From NCBI RefSeq assembly GCF_006345805.1, contig NC_043013.1, positions 37,696,001 to 37,760,000 on the forward strand: a stretch of DNA of 64,000 nt, read 5' to 3'. Positions 53,407 through 64,000 of the stretch are shown piece by piece. Numbering within the stretch: the first letter of the stretch is position 1; the number at the start of each line of letters is the position of its first letter. Origin of the DNA: Octopus sinensis. Its lineage: Eukaryota. The position numbers and the translations under genes were made by a program. The notes beneath the pieces are model-generated. The model did no database searches. It saw nothing but the letters and a program-made list of their open reading frames with translations, and was not told the origin of the DNA.

Positions 53407-54385
53407 GGCAGCGAGCTGGCAGAAACCTTAGCACACCGGGCGAAATGCTTAACGGTACTTCGGCTGCCGCTACGTTCTGAGTTCAAATTCCGCCGAGGTC
53501 GACTTTGCCTTTCGTCCTTTCGGGGTTGATTAAATAAGTACCAGTTACGCACTGGGGCCGATATAATCGACTTAATCCGTTTGTCCTTGTTTGTCCTCTC
53601 TATGTTTAGCCCCTTATGGGTAGTAAAGATATAGAAATTCTTCTGCCGTTATGTTCTGAGTTCAAATTCCGCCGAGGTCGACTTTGCCTTTCATCCTTTC
53701 GGGTTCGATAAATTAAGTACCAGTTACGCACTGGGGCCGATATAATCGACTTAATCCGTTTGTCTGTCCTTGTTTGTCCTCTCTATGTTTAGTCCCTTGT
53801 GGGCAATAAAGAAATAGGTATTTCGTCGGCCGCTACGTTCTGAGATCTAATACCGCTGAGGTCGACTTTGCCTTTCATCATTTCGGGATCGATAGATTAA
53901 ATTACCAGTTACGGACTGGTCAATGTAATTGACTTAGTCCGTTTGTCTGTCCTTGTTTGTCCCCTCTATGTTTAGCCCCTTGTAGGGAATAAAGAAATAA
54001 GGAACGTTAGCACGCCGGGCGAAATTCTTAGCGGTATTTCTACTGCCGTTACGTTCTGAGTTCAAATTCCGCCAGGGTCGACTTTGCCTTTCATCCTTTC
54101 GGGGTCGATTAAATAAGTACCAGTTACGCACTGGGGTCGATATAATCGACTTAATCCGTTTGTCTGTCCTTTTTTGTCCCCTCTGTGTTTAGCCCCTTAT
54201 GGGTAGTAAAGAAATAGGTATATCGTCTACCGCTACGTTCTGAGTTCCAATTCCTACAAGGTCGACTTTGACTTTCATCCATTCGCGGTCGATTAATTAA
54301 GTACCAGTTGCGTACTGCGGTAGCTCTTATCGACTGCAACCACTCCCCCAAAATTGCGGGCCTTGTGCCTACAGTAGAAATGAAT
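53407..54385 (+). mobile_element. Family A SINE tandem array (about five units)
   Basis: Repeated bodies with junctions aaagaaataggtatttcgtc (about 53810) and aaagaaataggtatatcgtc (about 54209). The last unit has the A2 tail. Confidence 0.9.
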
Positions 54386-54805
54386 ACGCGAATACATGGT
54401 AGTATGTTACTTGATATTTTCGAATGACAACTAATTATCTTGCATAATTTTTTGAATATCTCTGTCAGGGCGAAAGTAGCTCATGTAAGAGTCTCATATT
54501 GGTGAGAAAGAATAAGAGGGAGAAGGAATTTGGGAAAGAGAGGGGTGGGTTGGGGAACTGCACGTCGTTAATTAAGATATTAAATTTTAAATATTCTCTC
54601 CGGAAAGATTTCGATATACCCTGAAAGTTAAATATTAGCAGGCATAATTGTGTGGTAAAATGCTTCCTTCCGAAACATATGCTCCTGGGCTCAATCCAAC
54701 TGCACGACACTTTCTCCCACTTGTGAAAGGTGCTGCACACTATTATTAACTCTAATCGAGTAATTATGCAAAGAAATAATAATGATAATAATAATAATAA
54801 TGATG

Positions 54806-54836
<31 letters not shown>

Positions 54837-54848
54837 TAATAATAATAC

Positions 54849-55403
54849 CAGGCAGTGGCTCTCATGGCTTCTGATCTTAACTGATTGGAAGTGTTATCAT
54901 GTACATTGTTTTGTCTTGGTATAAAAGATGGGCTACAGCAGATATTCTGCTCAATACCACAGATTTGCTTGTCAGTTGTTTGACCTTAACCAGTTGAGCA
55001 TGTCCCTTAGTGGCTGACGATATGTGCATCTTTGATCGCGAGCAGAAGTAGTGGGGGAGCATCATAGCCATGTGTTGAGAGGGATTCTTTGAGGTTTGAA
55101 TAATTCACCTCTGGAAACATGGGTGTTTCGTTCAACATCCTTAAACAACTCTTATTCATGGACCTTTTGAGTGGGATAGGTTACTCGACCTGAAGAAAAT
55201 TCTAACTGGGCTCCACCTGCAAGGTCATGTGCTGTTTATTTTGATATGAGATCACCATGTCACGCACATATGGTTGTGATGCATGTGCTTAGTGTACCCT
55301 TATCAGACGGGTAGTCATGATGGGTATACTGGGCTTCGTATATTTTACCCCAGTGTCACTTTGATGGCATGCACCGCTCTCTCACTCAATAATAATAATA
55401 ATA
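54849..55403 (+). mobile_element. Non-coding retroposon 3' fragment between (TAA)n arrays; probably an R4/Dong-type 3' UTR or non-autonomous derivative
   Basis: Unique-looking 550 bp ending ..ctctcactc(aat)n and preceded by (TAA)n at 54775-54846. The class is inferred from context only. Confidence 0.5.
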
Positions 55404-56938
55404 ACAAACCCTGGAAATAAAGTAGTAAAATTAAAATGCAGTTTACATGGTAAATCCAAATACTCTCTAATCCAAAATAATCTCAAATCCATGTAAGATG
55501 ATACAACTATTCCGATTTGTAGTTGGGATTAACAGTGAAGATTTTGCATAGAGGACTTTGAAATGAGAGGACAAATCGAATATATGTTTCTTTGCAAGAA
55601 TTGATTTTGCTATTTTTTCCATTCTTCGGATAGAAAAATACAAAAATCGCATAATTTAAATCAGAAACATGCATACGTTTCGGATAATCTAAATCATGAG
55701 CATGCATATCATGTTCCGACATGGACTGATTCAGCAGTAATATTCCTTTCATTATCTGAAGGTAAATGACGTTGGACTGACATTGGATTGACGATAATAT
55801 ATCGTCTGCTCAATTCTGGGTTCACGTGAAAAGAAAAGAAAATACCAGCCTGTTGCTGGTGGTGCCCTTTTCTCATTCACCTATCACTCCCAAATGCCTG
55901 AATGTGTTTTGAAGTTTAATAAACATTTGAATGAATTATCGAAACCGTGCTGCTAACGTGTACTATGTAACAGAAATTATATTTCGAGTTTAAATTAAAT
56001 TTGTACGTATGATCTCTCAGACCGATGAAATCGATGAAAGTGATATAATTAGTGTAAATATGACTAGGAGAACATTATATCTGATTAGAACACCAGGAGA
56101 AAAAAACAATCGAAATGTATTTAAGGCGAAGTTTGAAAATGAGATGCAGAAAGTATAATGAATAAAAAAAGTATGTTGCACTTTTCGTTATCACCATTTT
56201 CACTCTAGATCCTTGTGCGCATTTCATATGGGTTATACGCTCACATCAGAAATCTGCACGGAAGATAACCCGCTGAGCTGAGCTTTATCCTTTCCTATTG
56301 CGCCCATAAGGTTTGAAGGAACAGTAATACTATTGTAATTTTATCGCATTTCTGGTGCCAATGCTATAGAAATAACGGTTCCTGAAATTTGTAAACCCAC
56401 ATTTTGGAAAGGCAGTGTTATACTGCGAGGGCACGGATTTTTCGATCCTAAACTGCAAAATATTACACTGCAATCATTTATGAACTGATGCTTCTATCAG
56501 AACATCAATTCACAATTTTCTTTTAACTGTTACTGTACAATCGCTTCAATTGAATACTCATCGTTTTATCTTCCTCGCCTGTCTCTTCTCCCTTTCTCTG
56601 ACCCCTCTACCTCATCCTCCCTCCACACATTTGTTCATACAAACATACATATAAAATATATATATGCATATATACATATACATACTTACACACAAGCATA
56701 CACACAAAAAATATTAATTTAATAAGTAACAAATTTCATCAAGTAGCTTCGGTATAGAAAAAAAAAACATTATCGGTAAAAACTTACACAAAAAGATTTT
56801 TTTTATAATTATAAATAGAATAAAGGGTTTAGCAAGACGTTGCTTCACCACATACCGAAAATTTAGAAATAGCAGTAAAAAAACCGGTAATTCTTTTAAC
56901 TACATATTTATACTATATATATATATATATATTATATA

Positions 56939-57762
56939 TAGGGTGCGATAGGTAAATGTCGCCATTTTCTATTTTTTATTTCGCGCATGCACGTTGTGTA
57001 CTTTTGGATTTTGTCGACCACACAATATAGTAGGTTCAGTTGGGGATTCTCTGTAAGTAAAACATCACCATGACGCAATTAACTCTGCCAGAAATTGTAA
57101 TTGACATTCTGTAATGCTTGGTATTCGCACCGGAGTCTCCAATACAAACATTTCAAAGTGTTTGTGTGTCGACCTGAGAACAGTGCAGTCAGAGGACATG
57201 TAGTGAGAGTGATAAAAATCAAACATCCATTCAACATTATGGTGCTTGGAATGATGGCGACTTTATGTATCCATTCATCTTCCCACAAGGCCTCAGACTC
57301 AACACCGAGGCCTACATCAATTGCCTGGAGGATGTAGAGCTACCCTGGGACAAAAGAGTGTCTACTGGAAGACCATAGGTCTAGCAAGAGGTCTCTGAAC
57401 CGTGCCACACATGTAGGAGTACACGATCATGGCTATCAGACAATTTCTGCGACCACATCGCCCCTGGGTTGCAGTTGAGCGAGAAACCAGCTTAAACTCC
57501 TTCTAATGCCAAAGATGAACTGAAGGCAAGGATTATGGCAGCATTCACTAACTTAAACAAGGAAACCGACCAGAAGAGCTGTAGGAGATTCCGAAGTCGT
57601 CATGAGGATGTGGTTGAAGCCACGGGTGATTTTATTGAATAAATTTACTCTTTAGTATATCAAGATAATTTTATGTAATTTTGGTAAATATATCTGTTAA
57701 AAAAAGATGTCAGTGTTATTTTCGTTTTTGCGTAAATCAGACGAAAGTGTATTTACTGCACC

Positions 57763-57765
<3 letters not shown>
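56939..57765 (+). mobile_element. Internally deleted mariner-type (maT/DD37D-like) transposon
   Basis: TIR-like ends tagggtgcg..gtaaat and atttactgcaccctg|ta. Remnants KHPFNIMVLG..PFIFPQGLRLNTEAYINCLEDV..KDELKARIMAAFTNLNKE..CRRFRSR.E.VVEATGDFIE*. Confidence 0.88.
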
Positions 57766-57851
<86 letters not shown>

Positions 57852-58005
57852 GATCAAAATTGTCAAAAGAAAAAGAAAGACAGAGACGCGTAGAAAAAAG
57901 AGAGAAGGCATATTAGTTAGACGGTCAGGAAAAACTAGAAGTATTTTTGAGCTAACGCTCTTCTACAAGAGGAATGGGGAAGAGAAAAAATCGAGATAAG
58001 GAAAA

Positions 58006-58105
58006 NNNNNNNNNNNNNNNNNNNNNNNNNNNNNNNNNNNNNNNNNNNNNNNNNNNNNNNNNNNNNNNNNNNNNNNNNNNNNNNNNNNNNNNNNNNNNNN
58101 NNNNN
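58006..58105. other. Assembly gap (100 N)
   Basis: Run of N. Confidence 1.
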
Positions 58106-58189
58106 CGGCAGCGGCAAAAAAAAAAACGAGGAAATAACGCATCCTGTTTTAATTACAATATAGACAAACAGAAAAATAGAATTGATAGA

Positions 58190-58196
58190 TTGATGA

Positions 58197-58276
<80 letters not shown>

Positions 58277-58277
58277 G

Positions 58278-58324
<47 letters not shown>

Positions 58325-58329
58325 GTAGG

Positions 58330-58388
<59 letters not shown>

Positions 58389-58397
58389 GTAGATAGG

Positions 58398-58474
<77 letters not shown>
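58190..58474. repeat. (GATA)n array
   Basis: Visible array. Confidence 0.98.
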
Positions 58475-58476
<2 letters not shown>

Positions 58477-59189
58477 AGAGAGGGGGCAGAGAGAGACTTA
58501 GAGAAAGCGTGTCATCTAGAGACGAATAATCCAGACAGTCAACAATTACACAGACATAGATAATGAAACAAACAGAAGGAGAATCAATGCTTTTATATAG
58601 ATGATCTCATTTAAGTATTGCACGTATACCACCTACATTCAAACGTGCGTACCGAAAAGACACTTTATGCGTTGGTAGACAAAGCCACCGAGTGATTTGC
58701 CGCAATTAATGTGTCAGAGTGTGTGTACTTGTATTGAAGCAGACATTAGTCGCCAGATATATTTTGAACAACACACGCATTCACATATCCTTGCCGTAAG
58801 CGTGAGAGTAAATTTGTTTTTAATTTAATTCGTAATTACTTGATATTCATTTATCCTTTTTTTTTTTTTGCTTGTTTTGTTTTTGTTTTAATTCGCTAAC
58901 GAAACCTTCGATGTTACGATATCCTTTTCGTTCTGTAACGAATAATGTAATAATTCAAATATTCAATTCATTGCAAGTCTTTTTTGCTTTGCTTGGTTTT
59001 GTTTTCATAGGACAAATACTCATTAATATTAGAACGTGTGTATTTGTATGCATCTTTATATGTGTTTGTACGTATGTATGTATGTATGTATATGTAGTAT
59101 GTATGCATGTATGTATGTATGTATGTATGTATGTATGTATGTATGTATGTATGTTGTATGTTTGTATGTATTTATGTATACTTAACATG

Positions 59190-59201
59190 AACCTACATAT
59201 T

Positions 59202-59235
<34 letters not shown>

Positions 59236-59240
59236 TGATG

Positions 59241-59312
<72 letters not shown>

Positions 59313-59510
59313 TTAATGCTTTCAAATTTTAGCACAAGGCCAGGTACTTCAGAACAGTGGGAGTGTTAAGTTGATTACATCGATCCCAGCTAAAGAGATA
59401 TATATATTCTATCGACCCACAAAGGTTAGAAAGCACAATTTGAACTCAGAACGTAAAGACGGACGAAAAGCATTTCGCCTGGCCTGCTAACAATTCTGCC
59501 AGCTCACCAC
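59190..59510 (-). mobile_element. Family A SINE (A2, deleted) with an (ATT)n tail forming the TAA array at 59190-59310
   Basis: ttttagcacaaggcc..gattacatcgatccc..aatttgaactcagaacgtaaagacggacgaaa. Confidence 0.75.
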
Positions 59511-59568
59511 CTGTACATGTATGCATGGGTGTATTGTATGGGTCTACGTATGTATGTATTATTCTAAG

Positions 59569-59601
<33 letters not shown>

Positions 59602-59699
59602 TATATATATAATATATATATATATATATTATACACATATATATGTATATATATATATATATATATTATAATATATATATATATATATTATATTATATA

Positions 59700-59738
<39 letters not shown>

Positions 59739-60601
59739 GTATGATATATGTTGTGTAATATAATAAGTAACAGTTATTCCATTGCCATAAAAAATTCCGA
59801 GTTTCGGATGTCGGGCGGAAATCTACTCCGCCATCTCGTCAGTTAAGACGTATTACTACTACTATTAACTATAAGATATATCTATATCATATAGATATAT
59901 ATATGTATATATATATAATATATATATCTATATATTATATATATATACGCTCTTCGACAGAAAAGAACACAGAAATAAGCGAGAAAAGAAAATAGAAAAA
60001 TTAGTTGCTAGCGATCTATCATGGCAAATGCCGGAACGAGGGCTGACACAGGAGACCTAGGAAGAAGGGGAGATAATAAAGTAGTAGTGATCCCAAAACA
60101 AAGGTGCTCGTGGCGTGGTGGTGTGTGATGTGGTGGTGTGCGGTGTGGTATGTTGGTCTTGGGGCGTGGGGGAGGCGAAGCTGAGGGATGCAATTGTGGG
60201 GTCTAAAGGATAGGGTGGGGGTGAGACGGGATGCATAGGGATGGTGGGTTGTCCAGTCTGATGATCTGGAAACTGAAATTCGAATAACTAGATGTGAAAT
60301 GCTGAGTGTTTAATAAGTAACACACAATACAATCTCTCAAACATTAAGCCCAATTGTAATCTTCCTGTCTGTATTTTCGTACGTGTGACGCACATGTATG
60401 TGTGTTTGTGTATAATTGTTGATGTAGAAGGGATATGCGTTTGAGGCATATTTGAGGTTTGGCAGCATATTGGCAGAATCTCATGAGTATCGATCAAAAT
60501 ATCTTGCGGTGTTTATTATCAGTCTACACCTTTCTGGTTTAACTGTACTTAGATATATTGATATTATGACTTAAAGACTGACACTGTAAGCTATACTAAC
60601 A

Positions 60602-60643
<42 letters not shown>

Positions 60644-61399
60644 ACACACACACTTACACAGACAGACGCATATACACATACACACAGATGCACATGCACA
60701 CGCACAAACACAAATACACACACACATATATTCATTATGATATATATTCATTTGTTGATTTTCTCACCTGTACATATCAACAGATTTATTATGTATGGTT
60801 GTTTGTTTCGCTTCCATTATCTAACGACAATAAATTCGGTTCGAAATTCAGTGACAGAAAGCAATAAAACGGACAGTAAAAAATATGACACTCCTTATAG
60901 CCATAAAAACGGTGTGACAAAACAAGAGAGCTTCATGTGTCTAAAACAGCTTGTATGAATATGTAATATACGTGTGTGATTGTAATGACAATACATACAT
61001 ACATACATGCATACAACATACACACATACATACATGAATACAATCACGCACGCTCAATCAAACATATACATCTATAATCGCAATGTTGTATTAGCAAATA
61101 TTTGTGGAAAGAAAATAACTTGTGAAATGAAAAGAACTCTATACTTGGATAAAAGTAAATTCATCAAACCATTTCAGATCTCACTATTAATTGTTTCATG
61201 ACTGAAGTCAATCTTCAGACCCGGATCTATAAAATCGAGGCGTCTCCTGCAATCAGAGCATAACAGAAATTTAAACACGAGCCATTCTCATCTGAAATTC
61301 TAATGTGTTGTGAGATGCCCACCTTCACCACCAACACAGCCATGTCTACATACATATGTGTGTGTGCGTTTATCTATGTATGCGTGTATGTATGATAAG

Positions 61400-62665
61400 G
61401 ATCGTGATGTGTGTCCACTCATGACCGACCATTGTGTCCGTGGTTTCCACACACACAGCAGCGCCCTCCTACCCATCCGGTCATCGGATACTTGCCTCGC
61501 TGGTGATACCACAACCTACGACTTTAGGTCCAATAACACTTTTAAAGCAGGCGCAGGCCCCTTTCTGCTCTACTCTCTGGCATGATTCAGAGAAAGAACA
61601 AGGCATGATATCGATGGTCAATATGGGGTGCAAGCTCAAGAATGACGGAACGCCATGACCTCAAGTGCCAGCAGAACACGCTCCAAAGTTTCAATGGGAC
61701 TTCCGCATATTCTTCATTTTCCATAGCTGGGCTATTTCGTACTTAAGAGGATTGCTTTTATCTGTTTTGTTTTTTTGCTTTCTTTCTTGACTATTCATGG
61801 CTCAAAGAGACTTGCAACATCAACTATATAGCACAGGTAGTGCATCTCGTCCATCACCACTAAGTCCGGTCTGTTATACTCTAGCACCTGATCTGTTTGG
61901 ATTGGGAAATTCCAGACGATTTTGCTAGTCCCCTACTCTGCCACTCACTGCGGTTTATGCTCATACCACATCTTGCTTCTTTCTAGCCCCACTTTTAGCA
62001 CAGCTTCCTGCGTAGCACTTTCGCTACCTGATCGTGTCGCCACAGCTTGTAGTGGTTTGGGGGTAAGCTTAGGCACTTTCGTTCGAGACATGGGCAATGG
62101 TTCCATCCACTCTATTGCAGATGCAACACAGCGGAGACACTTGCTCATTCTTAAGGTTGACCCTCCAGTTCGTGGCCCAAACTTGGTCTTGCGCTGCCAG
62201 TATAGTGCTCTCGGTCTCTTTTTTTAATGTTCCTTTCTTCAGCCAATACCACTTATTTTTTCCAGCAATTTCTATTATGGCTTTATGGAATTGATTGTGT
62301 AGTTTCTTCTTGCGTAATCCTTCTTCATGTCCTTTTTGTACTCCTTCCTTTGTTTTACCTTTTTTATCTGCTTTCAATACTCCCTTATTCCTAACTGGCA
62401 CTAGCAATGTTTCCTTACCTTGGGCTAAGTATCTCATTAAGCTCCCGAGTTCCATACGTTTGCAGTCTTCAACACCTGTCAGTCTCCTTGCTCCATTTGC
62501 TCTCTTCGTGTATAGGTGATCAGTGTCTGCACGTAGATGATGGGTTCCATGCATTGCTAGGAGCTTTCTTGACTTTCAGTCCAACTCCTTTAGCTCCTCC
62601 TCTGTCCACTTCAGGATTCCAGTACCAAAGCAAACTACCGTGACCGCACGTGAGTTCATTGTATT
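61400..62665 (-). mobile_element. 5'-truncated R4/Dong-clade LINE, copy A (RT C-terminus, CCHC knuckle, REL endonuclease; degenerate)
   Basis: GILKWTEEELKELD*KSRKLLAMHG..LYTKRANGARRLTGVEDC..KGTLKKETESTILAAQDQ..PLCCICN..TIAHV..KMWYEHKP..IVWNFPIQTD..NRPDLVV..IVDVA. Confidence 0.9.
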
Positions 62666-62666
62666 A

Positions 62667-62743
<77 letters not shown>

Positions 62744-62810
62744 GTTATTAATATTATTGTTGTTGTTGCTTTTGTTGTTGTTTGTTTTGTTGTTGTTGTT
62801 GTTGTTGTTT
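62660..62810. repeat. (TTA)n/(TTG)n array between the two R4 copies
   Basis: Visible array; reads (CAA)n(TAA)n on the element strand. Confidence 0.95.
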
Positions 62811-62814
62811 ATAT

Positions 62815-63800
62815 TATGAAAGACTCTCGGATAGTTCTTAATTACCGGTTATTCTCTACTTGAAAGCAGGCATCAACAATTCACCAAAGGTTTCAAGTAG
62901 TGCCTTCTCCTGTGGTTAAAAGAGACAATACTCTCCTTAGAATGTGAGCTGTATCCAACAATGCTATCTTCTGGATCACCCGGAGCGTGACACCAGTTCT
63001 AATATTCTTAATATGTTTTTCAAAGCCCTCGGAAACTGCTCCTAAATCTCCAACTACCACCGGTACCACCATTACTTTCCTCATGCCCCATAACTTTCTT
63101 ATCTCGTCCCGCGGCGGCTGGTATTTCTCAATCTTTTCTGTTTCCTTATATTTCACCCTCGAATACCTGATATTGCAACATCTATTATCTTTACTTCTTT
63201 TTCATCTTTATGGGTGAGCACGATATATGGCCATCTCGCCTCTGTGACATGGTCGCACTGCATGTTAAAATCCCAGAGTATTTTGTTATGCTCATTTTCC
63301 ATAACTCCCTCTCGCTTGTGTTCGTACCATTGTTCGGCTCTCTCGAGGCTTGCTTTACCGCACAACAGCCTGAGAACGTATCTGGTCCCATTGTCAAAAC
63401 CTCCTTTTATATTCACGTTGAGCGAGCTTACGGCACTCACTAACAATATGGCTTATACTTTCTCTCTTCTCAGAGCATATCCTACATTGTAGAAAGTCAG
63501 TGCTTTTATCAATATGATATTTGTAGTAGTTTCTTCTTGAGTACTGCACACTAATACCTCAGAAATTCTCCTTTCTGCAGCCATTTCCAGGTTCTCTTCT
63601 AGTCAATCTGATCTTTATTATCCAAAAGCTGACTGTGTATTTTCAAGTCCTGCCAAATTTTCTTCATCTGTTCTCTCTGGCCTTTCTTAAATTGTGTTGG
63701 ATCTACGGCTTCGTTCACTTTTAAGGTTTTCTGCATTTTCACTGATTCGATCATTTTTTTTTCTTTACTCCCTTTAATCCTCCATTAAATCCCTGTTTTT
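62815..63800 (-). mobile_element. 5'-truncated R4/Dong-clade LINE, copy B (degenerate)
   Basis: WYEHKREGVMENEHNKILWDFNMQCDHVTEAR.P.IV..KEVKIIDVAI..KIEKYQ..EIRKLW..VVPVVVGDLGAV..IQKIALLDTAHILRRVL. Confidence 0.9.
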
Positions 63801-64000
63801 TGTTGTTTTTTTTATTACAAATATTGAACATACACAATAATCAAAATCATTAACATATACAGAAACAGTATACGAAATTGTTAGGCTTCAATCCAATTCA
63901 GTGTTTCTTATCACACATAATAAAAATTTCTATAATCACCAGACCCCTTTAGAGACCGATTAAAGTAGGAATCGTGACACATTCAAATGAAAACACCAAT

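Overview
This is an AT-rich, repeat-saturated eukaryotic window, most consistent with an octopus (coleoid cephalopod) genome. That assignment is inferred from the SINE families and the extreme (TA)n, (TAA)n, (GAT)n and (GATA)n load. I found no recognisable host protein-coding gene, tRNA or rRNA gene, or CRISPR array. Almost all ORFs in the supplied track are microsatellite translations. All recognisable coding sequence is transposon-derived and degenerate: a Penelope-like element with an inverted partial copy (1.4-3.9 kb), three R4/Dong-type LINE coding fragments next to (TAA)n arrays, a near full-length Tc1 element (47.6-48.9 kb) and an internally deleted maT/DD37D-like mariner (56.9-57.8 kb). 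There are dozens of tRNA-derived SINEs in three families. The most unusual observations are: (1) a type-I hammerhead-like fold in the loop of a 70-bp inverted repeat whose core carries a compensatory G3-C8 swap (19.9 kb); (2) SINE concatemers that share one precise junction at several loci; (3) two diverged, inverted copies of an unidentified ancestral coding sequence 30 kb apart; (4) promoter-like motif clusters, including four ETS sites at 11-bp spacing. Coordinates of decayed repeats are approximate (about +/-20 bp). Irregularities in the TA arrays may be read errors. There is a 100-N gap at 58006-58105.
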